A stretch of 40,158 bases of DNA. Source: Catajapyx aquilonaris (lineage: Eukaryota). Of the stretch, positions 26,593 through 37,248 are shown piece after piece (the stretch's first letter is position 1; each line of letters begins with the position of its first letter). The DNA is taken from positions 1-40,158 of the forward strand of contig JYFJ02003565.1 of the NCBI GenBank assembly GCA_000934665.2. The letters run 5' to 3'. A program made the translations under genes and the position numbers. A model generated the notes under the pieces. It saw nothing but the letters and a program-made list of their open reading frames with translations, made no database searches and had not been told where the DNA came from.

Positions 26593-29500
26593 TTCATACC
26601 CCGTTATCAGCCATCGGCTCTTTAGGGGGGAAGTTTGTTTTGGCTGGAACTCTTTGCTTTCATTTTACTGTGCTCATTGGGATAGGATAGGGACGGAAGG
26701 AAGCGGCTGTGGCCCATTAATTACGGAAACAACTCTGGAATTTCCCTGGAAGGACCGTGGGAAACCACAGAAAACCACGGTCAGAGTTGCCGGCCCCGGG
26801 ATTCGAACCCAGGACCTCCCGATTAGCAGTCGGACGCCTTATCCACTATGCCAACCTGCTTCGGTGCAACTCTGGAGTGTAAATCACCTGTCAGCATTGC
26901 ATTGCATATTGAAACTAGAGTAAATGGGCGAGTGGTAGAGACACTTGTCCCACCACAAACTAAACATCTCTCTGAAATTTTTCAATAACTTAGTTCTTCT
27001 GGATATGTTTTTTTTCCTGTTTTTTTTCTTTTTCTTTCTTTTTTTTTCCACGCCAGAGCAGTAGACAGAAAAGTCAGCAGCAAGCAGAGTGCTTCATGGT
27101 AGGGTATGCTAAAGCTTAAGCCTGGAGCAGCAACAAAAGACTGTCAGTGCTTACATAGGTCTCTTTGCAATAAACAAAATATTCAACATGAGTGACTCTA
27201 ATGCTACCTGTATTGGCTGTATACATATTATCAGTGGGCAGTAGCTAATCAAAACTCACATAATTCATTCCAGTACTGGCTGATTTTTCCATATTCCCAA
27301 CATCGTCAAAAAATATTTTAGCAATAATCTCCCTGACTTACATTTGCGTCACTCTTGGCCTCTGAAAATAAGCCTGGCTAGCACTTGAGTTGGTCAGTTG
27401 ATCAGCCACTCTCAGCAACACTCGAGACACGTCAGGGATTATTATGTGGTGCTTCCCCACATCAGATTCAATTGACCAACCTAACCATGGTCTGAAAAAG
27501 AAAATTAAACAATGACAAAATATGAAGGTGGGGAAGAAATCTGAGGTGATATTAATATTTACGGGTTAGAACAGCATTTGTCCATCCTCCCAATCATATG
27601 TGCTTCATAAACTTTCATCGACATCAAGAGTCCAACACCAGGAAACCCATCTACTCTGTAGGCTAATGATGGGTTGGTGGACACACCCTCAAATCCTGTC
27701 ATTTAAAAATTCATGCCACTAACTTCAGAATTACAATAAGATAAATGTGACCTCACCATTTGGATTCCAAGCAGAGGCAGCCAATATAGTTTCATCCTTT
27801 TGTAGGACAGGAAGCATTTGCGCACAGTAATACAGAAAGTCTGGAGACAGCATGACTCCTTCATGAATCACTATCACAAACTTCTGAGCCGGGAACTTAG
27901 TTCGAGAATATTCCAAGCCCATCTGCAACTTTTCTGCAAAATTTAAATAATAACCAATGTCACTCTACAACTGCAACTAAAATTTCTACAATTTGCAAAA
28001 AAATGCCTCATCAGTCAGTCATGTTCCTTGTCACCTTTGGAAAGTATAGGTCAAAACTAAAATAATACCACTGACAATGCACATGATGATAATAATTCAC
28101 TATTCATTCATTGAAACATTAAAGGACCAAGAATAATATTCCAGTGGACCTTGCAGTAGACCAAGAGAGAAATCCCCAACTACACAAACACTACAGAACA
28201 TAAGTCTAGCATAATAATGCTGAAATATTATTGCACGAAAACTTCAGATGTGTGTTCAAGAAGTGATACTTACTCCAAGAGGTGTCAAACCCAACTGGCA
28301 AGGAGTGAAACCCAAAGAGAGGCACCAAGTGTGCAGCCATGTTCCATCCATGCCTGTAGAGGACCACCACATGCCGAGGGTTAATACCCGGCTGGCGGAT
28401 GAGGGTCTCCAAGGTGAGCAGGAGAGACCTCGGGTGACGGCTGGCCAGCACCAGAATGGGGGCTGTGAAGGCTGGATTGCCCACCATGTTTCGCTGGGTC
28501 AGCACGGCAGGCACTATTGGCTCATGGCGATTTTCCTCTGCATTGAGATTATGGCAAGAGTAAAATTAAAGGGTATTTCACAACAGGGGCAGAAATATCC
28601 CAATCTGGGATTTCTTACATATTGTCCACAATTGCTGAAGACAAACTCACCGCTACAAAAACTGCCAAAATCATGGTACCTCTCACAAAATGAGGCTCTC
28701 ATCAAATTTTCCCTGGGTGGTGGATCAGGGGAAATCATTTTTCCATGAACTGTAACATCAGGCAGATGAAAATATTTTAATATTACAAGAGATCTCCCCA
28801 TCCATAATTAATGAATTTTAAATGAAAAGTAACTCACTTTTCCTGGGAACACAAAGTCGCAAGTTGATTGGTGCAGCCCATTTTGAATTCCTGGCCAAGT
28901 TCAATTCTTCGTAAGGTGTAAAGCCAGATATTCCCTTCTGCGTGATCATGTACCATTGAGCTCTGAATAGAAGGTTTTGTATCTTGCCACTTCCTGTGCC
29001 ACAAAAGTAGTTTGTCTTCTCAATATATTCCCCAAAGAAGTCATATGAATGTACAGTTCAACACAATCGGTAAAAGTAAACTAAAATGACCCTATTAGTC
29101 GTGTTCTCTCTGGCTTGACAGTATTATTGCTCTTTGGGCTGAAAAATACACCTCAAATATACTTTAACCAAAGCACAATTTAGAAACATTCTTTCACTGT
29201 TAAGACAAAATATTGGATGCATTGCCATTAACTTTAAAAGACCTTTACACATCACATACAAGGCAATTGTATGCCATGCCAATTCTTCTGCTAATATGAA
29301 ACCATACTCTAGTAGGAAAGAACAGCTAGCTATTATTTAATACATTAATTACTGACACCAGCGTGCCCATGTTGTGTGCCGATACTTACCCAGTTCAAAT
29401 AAAACCTTTTTAACATTGCTTCCCATACTGGCTGAAGCCTCGTCAAAGGTGAGAAATATCAGGATGTCTCCGTGAGTGGAATTTTGCTCCAAGTAAGCCA

Positions 29501-30735
29501 CCATCTCTACACCATTCTGCTGGTATGTGTCAAAGGTCCGCATGTCAGCAACATAGAAGGGCTGTGGGTTTATGACAACAACAGTGATTCCCCTTCCTGT
29601 GGGACTTGAAGATGTTCCTGAGTAGCTAGAAATATAAAATAACAAACAATGATTGGATTGCAACTATTCAGATATCACTAATGCTTACAAACACTATTCT
29701 TTGTAGTATAGGCACTTGATTGTGAGAGAACAAAAACATATTTTAAATCCAATTCTTCATCAAAATATGTGGAATACTATCATGGCACAATCACTGTACT
29801 GAAAATGCATATAATTGTACAGGGCAAATTACTTTAAAAAATTTGAATGCAGTTCCGGTGAGAAAATAAAAGAACTGTCACAAGTGATTTCTATAACAGT
29901 GATTTCTATACTTGCAACAAATAACTTGTTTCTAACCCATCGCAATTGTGGAGCAAAAAAATTCAAAATTTGCAAACCCAAACAAGTGGTTGAGCTCATT
30001 CTATAAATGCATAGCATACTTGTTCCACCACAGTGTATACAACGTTTATGCAACACAGCCTTAAAGTGATATGCAATGTGCAGATATCTACACAGCAACT
30101 GTGAGCATGCAACAGATGAAACAGTGAGCATGCACACATATGACCACCATTGTCCACTGAGGACACCCTGTGCTTACTATTTTCCCCTGATGCAAATTTG
30201 GGGCTGGTCATTTTTGTCCTCCCCTGAATACACATGTACTGGGAATGTGGACGGGGGGCATTGCTTCTTCAGGCCACAGTTTGGAAGGACTTCATTCACT
30301 TGAATGTCCTCCGCTGCCTTCCTCGCTGAATGGTTCCCCACGCCAAGACAAGAGAGGCACATTTTATTTAATCCCTGCACCGCCATACCACATGACAATG
30401 CATTTCTTACGCCTGTTATTTCCACATGGTGTGGTTCCATTTCCTGGGTTGGACAGTGGCCTGGTCCTGGCATGGTGCCTATGGTGGATCCCAGCGTGGA
30501 CCGCCGTATCCCCACCATACACCAATGGAGTAAGGACCTGGTTGATGTGCATGTGGTTGAGCACCTCCATCAGGACATTGGTCAGGATGAGCACGAAGAC
30601 AGCCAGCACCGTCAGCACCAGCCAACTGAACCGGACAGACGACGTTCCAACACCACCCACCGACTTACCCTTTATTCCCGCCCTGCCCGTTCCGCCAGCA
30701 GACGACACCACGCTCCCTCCAGCCAGCCCCATCAT
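25674..30735 (-). CDS. POMGNT1-like type II membrane protein (TM, ILEI/PANDER-like stem domain, GT13 domain), ~696 aa
   Basis: 12 phase-consistent exons: 30735-30411, 30325-30178, 29625-29390, 28993-28838, 28749-28651, 28537-28274, 27933-27757, 27695-27563, 27491-27342, 26359-26186, 25960-25829, 25770-25674 (2091 nt). Motifs: N-terminal TM WLVLTVLAVFVLILTNVLM; CGL..CP...F.VHVYSG; GRGITVVV..FDTY..FDEAS; SPDFL; SAWNPNG; YRVDGFPG; IIPDVSR. Confidence 0.88.
26535..26864 (-). mobile_element. tRNA-derived SINE with (TTA)n tail, in intron 9 of the POMGNT1-like gene
   Basis: Minus-strand A box TGGCATAGTGG (26843-26853) and B box GGTTCGAATCC (26799-26809), ~19 TAA/TTA repeats, and a perfect 18-bp TSD TGCAACTCTGGAGTGTAA (26517-26534 / 26865-26882). 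Confidence 0.9.
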
Positions 30736-30918
30736 TCCGCTCTCTCAGCGGACGGGCATTGATCAGTCCTAAATGGTCCAGCAGCTGAAGGTCCGCCACA
30801 CTCCAAAAGGATCGATCTCTCTGAGCCGCATTTTGGCGCGCAGGACTAGCACAGGGAGTGGGGTTAGCACCAGACGTCATCTGCACAGGAAGTGGGAACA
30901 CACCACCATCATTCCAAG
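30736..30918. promoter_or_regulatory. Putative bidirectional promoter between the POMGNT1-like gene and mRpL2
   Basis: 183 bp separate the divergent ATGs. The region is GC/CpG-rich, with E2F-like TTTTGGCGCG (30831-30840), ETS-like ACAGGAAGTG (30885-30894) and a YY1-like CAAGATGGCG overlapping the mRpL2 ATG. Confidence 0.65.
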
Positions 30919-31904
30919 ATGGCGCTGAGCAGGTGGGGTCTGGTCAGGCTCTCTGCGTTGAGGATCACCGCTGCTCCGGCCCTGGGTGCGGTGCTAGGGG
31001 CACAGCCTGTTCGGAACAAGGTTAGCGACGTGCAGGTTCCGAAGCCGGGCGGAGGGAAGCAGTACAGGCGGATCGTGCACTTCCCGGAGAAGTACACCAC
31101 TGAGCCGCTCCGGGTTACCAAGCTTGGAGGGAGGGACCCGGTCACAGGTCAGTGCCAGGGGGACTTCAAATATGCAGTGCTTGATGCGATGTTTTCATTC
31201 ACACAGGACGCAAGGTGGTGGAGGGTGTGGGTGGTGGCCGACCTGTGACGTTCCTGTGGGTTGACCTCAAACGTGTTGGTCCGAAGGAAGGACCTCCGCT
31301 GGTGGAAAAGGTTCTGAAGATCCTGGAGTGCTACTGCCACACTGCTTTCGTTGCTCTGGTGGCCTCGGGTGAGCACATGCGCTATGTGCTTGCGACCGAA
31401 CATATGAAGCCAGGAGACCTTATCAGGACGTCCGGGGAGATACCACGCATTGCTGTTCGAGCCAATGAAGGGGATTCACATCCACTGGGAGCCCTTCCAG
31501 TGGGCAGTCTTATTCATTGTGTAGAACGCAAACCAACAGAAGGTGGAGTTTATTGCATTGCTGCTGGTACTTGTGCCACACTCCTGCGAAAGATTGGAGA
31601 CAAGTGCATCGTTTCGCTCCCCTCGAAGCATGAGGTGTGCTTGTCGCAGGAGTGCATGGCCACTGTGGGAAGGGTATCCAATGTGGAGCATGGAAGCACA
31701 CCAATTGGGAGTGCTCAAAGGATGCGATTTTTGGGTGGCAGGCCCAGGTCTGGACTCTGGCACAGGAAGGAGGGTAGGCATGGGAGGAAGTTGCGTCTGA
31801 TGCCAGCAATCAAGGACTTTACAGTCGAGTCCACTGAATCACCACCTGAAGTGATCAAGTTTAGTGCTGAACCTCGGATCAAGCAGCCCATGGCACCATA
31901 CTAG
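30919..31904 (+). CDS. mRpL2: Mitochondrial large ribosomal subunit protein uL2m (39S L2), ~308 aa
   Basis: Exons 30919-31147 and 31207-31904 (59-nt phase-1 intron). Basic/Ala-Leu targeting-peptide-like N-terminus. uL2 motifs KLGGRDPVTGRKVVEGVGGG, EGDSHPLGALPVG, AAGT, LPSK, ATVGRVSN, RPRSGLWHRK. Confidence 0.95.
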
Positions 31905-31970
31905 TGACGTGCATCGATATATCTTTAGTTTACTCCTGCCGTTTTATGCCAAGTACATCTGTTATCTGTC

Positions 31971-31976
31971 AATAAA
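31971..31976 (+). terminator. Polyadenylation signal of mRpL2
   Basis: AATAAA 66 nt after the stop codon. Confidence 0.6.
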
Positions 31977-32236
31977 TGAAGTTAACCTTTATTGTCATCA
32001 AAACTCTTCATGCAACTGGGTCTCCCTAAGCATACTGTCATGTCACCGCAGGTAGTACCGGTAGCTGACCTTAAGTTATATGGAATTAAGTCGGATAGGT
32101 TTAAAACAAACTCAGGGGAAGGATGAAGGATTCAACTAACAAGTTTCGATTATGTTTTGCTCAACATTGATGCACGATCATGCACCCAACAATGGTGCGT
32201 ATTAAACTTTCATATAATTACAGTATAATTAACTCA

Positions 32237-32300
32237 GCTGTCCCCCTAAAGGGGCTCTGCCCCAATAATGGGGTAACTTAAAATAAAATAATAAAAAATA
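32237..32300 (+). mobile_element. 64-bp severely 5'-truncated retrotransposed insertion (LINE/SINE 3' end only)
   Basis: Perfect 15-bp TSD AGTATAATTAACTCA (32222-32236 / 32301-32315). The insert is a stem-loop followed by an A-rich tail. Confidence 0.8.
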
Positions 32301-32604
32301 AGTATAATTAACTCACATGATTACATCAGACACTTTTCGAAATCATTCCTATGATTCACAGTAAAACTAGATAATATCGTACACTTGTCTCTCCCTTGAA
32401 AGTAAATTCTGCAATTGAAAATTTTGTCTAAGTTTCATGACTTACCTCAAGATAGATGCACTGCCATGAGTAGTCTTACTGTAGATCAAGTTGGCTGGCT
32501 TCATGACTGCGGGAGTACTGCAACTCAAACTGGGAGTACTCAAAACTGCAGTGTACTGACTCTCGCGGTCACCGCATTTCCTGTTTTTATATTTGCTTCT
32601 AGTT

Positions 32605-33535
32605 AGACTGACAAAAATCCTTTTGGGATACATTAGGAAATTGAGGTGTACGCAAACGCAGCCACTCTTGCATAATTCCTACCTACGAATCGTGGCGCTA
32701 CATTCAACAAAAACCAAAAGACTAATATGGATAAATCACGTACAAAACCACCTAGGAAAAGCGGGCACAGCGGTAGAAGAGTTGGAGGAAGTAGACCAAC
32801 GGTTGTGCCTTACAAAACTAGCACATAGTCTTCACATAGTTGACTTGGAGAAACTTCAGTGCACCACTCGGTACAAGGAGTATATAGAGATTTATTCAAA
32901 TGGGGTAAATAATACGTCATATTTAGTAGCAAACTTGCCGTTACAAATCAAACGATTAATAATAATAAACATTAAAAACAGGTCTATTTATTTAAATTCT
33001 GGTCGATCATTCATTCCACTAACGCCAGAAACAAACTGCACATATTGCACCGACGACGCACCCTTTGATCTTTATCACATACTGTATGACTGTCTAATCT
33101 TTTCAACTCCGCGAGCAATTTTTCTACATTCCTTTCCGCCGGCACCAAACTTAAACACGGTCGCAATGACAAATAATATCGATGGACACAACTTCTACAA
33201 CCTCCAAAATTTTCTGAGGCATGTGAGCAAGTGCATAGTTTCAACATAACGTCTTCAGCGATGTAAAAATAAAATAAAAAATAAAATAAAACAACAACAA
33301 CAACAACAGCAACAATATATTTATTTTTTGTCAACCTCATACATATTTCCCAAATTATCAAATATGTCAAGATGTTTCCCCCTTTAGATGTAAAGCTGTA
33401 AATATGTATTACGCTAAAAACCAAACTAGTAACAATGTTAGCAATTATATTTACAATGTAACCGGTCGTCTCCCCCCAAAGGTTTTTTAAACCCACCGGG
33501 GTACAATAAATTTTTAAAAAAAAACAAAAAAAAAA
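32605..33535 (+). mobile_element. 5'-truncated non-LTR retrotransposon (LINE) 3' end
   Basis: Open frame to 33249 ending in a C-terminal CxxC...H...C motif (CTYC-TDDAPFDLY-HILYDC) typical of LINE ORF2. AATAAA at 33505-33510, A-rich tail, and a 10-bp TSD GCTTCTAGTT (32595-32604 / 33536-33545). Confidence 0.8.
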
Positions 33536-34551
33536 GCTTCTAGTTCTAGTTCAAAGGGAAGTAAAATGAGTGCAAAAGAATACGAGGTCCATTGTCTTTA
33601 CAGTAATGGTTAGGCGAGTAGTTTCGTACGGAGTAGTATCGGTTGGCTGACACCATGCTTGAGCCCCTACAATATTAACATGGAGTGTGCCCCTTTTACT
33701 GTGGGAGTTTCTTCCTTTACTCGTTTTTACTTGCTCTTTGTAATTGCAATGATAATTGCAAGTACGACAATTTCCCCAGCAAACAATCAAAATTTCCATT
33801 TGTATTTAAATCACCTACAATTGTTCTGTGATGATACTTATGGCACTGCCACTTAGACTTATTTGCAAAAAGAAGGAAGAGAACTGACGTGATGTTACGA
33901 GTTTGTGTGGAGCAAGGTTTTCCCCCCTCCCCATGCTTTTAATGAGGTGTTGACAGGTGTGTGTGGCATTAAAACCTTGTCCACTTAATGACATCTCCTG
34001 CACACAATTTCTGGAATAGTCGAAGGGAAGAACATGTATGCAAACTTTGCATGATCGTGCCAATCGTGTTATACCCCCAACACTCACCAGATAAATAATT
34101 AGATTACGGGCGACATGCAGTGTTGGATTTTACACACACTCAGGAAGTTGAGATCTGGCGGGATATTGATACATGCTATGGTGCTACAATAAAATAGTCA
34201 AGTGAATCATCTCTATGTGAAGCAGAATATAAATTTTTAATACTGAATGAATAATACCTGACAATACTCAACAATAAGTAGATCAACACATGTAGAGGGT
34301 GGCAGTGTATAAGATTTTGAATAGATCAGAAGGGTTATTGTAGCCCTTCCAGGGTAAGCATTCACTAATGTGAGCTGCCTCTAATGAGTCCATATAAGAT
34401 TTTCACTCTTGCTTCATTCCTCTTCCACTTCCTACCCTGCTGATAAAGTTATCACTTCCTGGATGCTCCTATCCCCTAGCACAAAGGATCCCATTACGAA
34501 GCGGAAGAAACAAACTGATCTTTCACAACAGCCACCCAGCCAACTGCAGTC

Positions 34552-36049
34552 ATGCCACTTCTAGTGCTGCTCATTCTCTTCAGTGCTAGTTTCAGTTCTG
34601 CAGGTAAGCTAATCACTTCTCAGTATCCATCCAAGTGTGCCGAATAGTTACTGGGAAAATACAAATAATACTGGCACAGGTGCTACCTTCTACTCTACAA
34701 TATAGGGCAATGCCATTATTATTTCATTATAACATGATCTTCCCAGAGCAAGACTATTCTGACCAAGATTGCTTACCAAACATCGCAGACCACTGCTTCG
34801 AAGAAGTGAGGAAGAATTTACAATGTCACCTAAGCACGAAGAGGCATCCCTTGGCAAACGAGTGCACCAAGCGAGGAGTAGATGACTTTTGCAGGTTGTG
34901 TATGTGAAAGGCTTCCATCTAGACAAGTCCATAATGTCCATTTCACTTTTCCACAGCTCCATCATGGATGCCCTAAGCTGTGCCAAGGACATAGTTGATG
35001 TTGGATGCAGTGTAGATGAAGGCCAACAACGATTTGATCGTTGGCTTACCGGACTTGATGCTGCAGCTAATTCATTGTGCTTGGGTGACAGGAAAAATGC
35101 ACATGGTGAGCACACAAATTGTTTTGGGTACTGTCATATATGATCCTATGATTATCTCTGAGACTGCATCAGGTGGAGTGTACTTGGTATTGTTTTCAAT
35201 CTAACATGCAAGGGGCTGTCCATAATCCGCGTGGACAGATTTGTTCACTTTTTTACCTCCCCCCCTCCCCTTTGCGGACAGAAGCGGACATGGCCTCCTT
35301 GACCCCCCCCCCCCTTGCCCCCGCTTCGCCACACTGAAAGTGTTATTTTCAATATATTGGTATTTTTTATTTTTTGATATCTACACACAAATTCCTTTTT
35401 TCAGAGGCATTACGGTATATTTGAGAGGTCTGACTTAAAAAACGGCCGAGTCCTTAATATTCATTTGACGTTTATTGTCCGCGCGTACAACTTACTTCTA
35501 CCCCCACCCCCCTGTACGGACAAAAGCGGACAAAGTGCAACCCCCCTCCTCCCCTTCACTTGTCCGCGCGGATTATGGACGGCCCCCAATCTACAAGAGC
35601 CTACCTTTTAATTCAGGCTAAAAATGCATACATTTTAGAATTACTAGACCATCCTGATTGTTGGAGCACCCAGAAATTCATAGCCTGCACCCAAAACAGT
35701 GCTGGAGTGGATCACATCAATGACATGCTCACGTACGACCTGGATTATCATGAGTGCGAGTAAGTTGCCTGCATTTCAATACAATTCCTCAGGAAATTTT
35801 AGCAGATAATTTCAATGTCAATGCATGCCTTCCAGTCGACTGCTGTCAGCATTCGCAATCTGTAACATGAATGCTGTATCACCTGAATCTGGATGCAGTG
35901 CACCTTCAGCTGTCATTACTGACTTAATTTCCTCATTCTTCAAGGCAACTTCATGCACAAGTCATGCCACAAGTGACGCTAATGTTGGACAAGCCATTTC
36001 TGTTACGTTAACCCTCCTGTATTTAGCAGTACAGGTAGTCATATACTAA
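34552..36049 (+). CDS. Uncharacterised secreted/GPI-anchored Cys-rich protein, ~227 aa, 14 Cys
   Basis: Five exons: 34552-34603, 34747-34894, 34957-35105, 35639-35759, 35836-36049. Intron phases 1,2,1,2 are all consistent, giving 684 nt with no internal stop. Signal peptide MPLLVLLILFSASFSSA, hydrophobic C-terminus AISVTLTLLYLAVQVVIY*, AATAAA at 36134-36139. Confidence 0.82.
35212..35586. mobile_element. PIF/Harbinger-like MITE in intron 3 of the Cys-rich gene
   Basis: 26-bp TIRs GGGGCTGTCCATAATCCGCGTGGACA / TGTCCGCGCGGATTATGGACGGCCCC (2 mismatches), CAA 3-bp duplication, internal GCGGACA and poly-C motifs. Confidence 0.85.
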
Positions 36050-37248
36050 TTATTTCAATGCAGTACATATGAGGTTATTCATATGATATTCCTCAGCATT
36101 GAATATTGCATAAGTCTATATTTTAGTAATGTCAATAAATATTGGCATTACTATTTGTGAAGTGGGGCCCCCTCTGGAAGAAATTCTGGCTATGGCAGTG
36201 CTAGTAGTAATGTATCATTTTGATAATAAAAAATAGCATTAAGTTATGTCACAAAAGATGCAAACACATTCATCATTTATTCCAAGTACCATGAAACTAC
36301 AATGCTGCTTGTTTTTCCTAATCTGCAATGTATCATGGCAGGAACTGACCCTGGTATGTTACTTCTAGAAATCTGATTGCAATGGTCCTTATGTCTGTGT
36401 AATACTATATTGCATTGCAGAAGTTGTACATTGCATGGCCAAACAATGTATGTTGCAGAAATATCACAATATGTGTCCGTAAGATTATTTCCTGAGTGAT
36501 TTGAAAATACTACAAACAACCATCTACACCATGGACTAGGGCAAGAGAACAGAGGGAAACATTTTCAGTTTGTCTTTTCAGCCTAACCTCCTCCATTTAT
36601 CCGAGAGGGTACTCTCCCTGGCATGACAGTGTATACTGCAAAAGAATGCCATATGCTCCAGTCATCAATATTCAGTGATGTTACTAATGTCATTACTATA
36701 CAGGTGACAATAATCATGATAACAAACAAACAAAATAATAGGAGCACACTCATGTATGCCAGCATACTTAGGTAGTACAGGTGAGTTCTGCTTCGCTTTG
36801 ATTTTAATCTGCCACTATTAACTCTTCACGCAAACGCATTTTTAGCATTGCATTGTTGGATAACTGACAAGTCAAGTGACCAGGATTCAACATGCTGTAC
36901 TCCACCACTGACACCAAAATCCTTTTGTAAACCACACTTCCCTAGGTTCTCACTCTGTCCCAATTTAAAGTTTGTTTACCTTGTTCAATTGAGCAGTCCA
37001 AACATACATCTCAGCAAAATTTGTACTTCTCAGTAATCGCATAATTACTTGAGCAATAATACATGCTTTCACAGTGTAGTTATCGCTTCCATGCTCTATC
37101 ATACGGCATGAAAAAGTTTGACTATTAGAAATGCATTTCAGATACTGCTTCTATGCAGTGTGTTTCATCAGAACAAGTCGAGTCAATAAAAATATAATAT
37201 CTGCTTGAGTTCACCATTTGACAAGATTGAAAAACAGTCCAATACTCC

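Noticed and set aside
26790..26864. tRNA-like sequence with a GCT anticodon loop (minus strand)
   Set aside because: It is the head of a TSD-flanked SINE with a simple-repeat tail and lacks a proper acceptor stem, so it is not called as a tRNA gene.
26495..26923. 142-aa ORF with poly-Ile
   Set aside because: Translation of the SINE's (TAA)n tail and antisense body.
30245..30772. 175-aa and 152-aa plus-strand ORFs
   Set aside because: GC-rich antisense overlap with exons 1-2 of the POMGNT1-like gene; no recognisable motifs.
36583..36765. 60-aa hydrophobic minus-strand ORF
   Set aside because: AT-rich codon bias explains the hydrophobicity; no splice or homology support.
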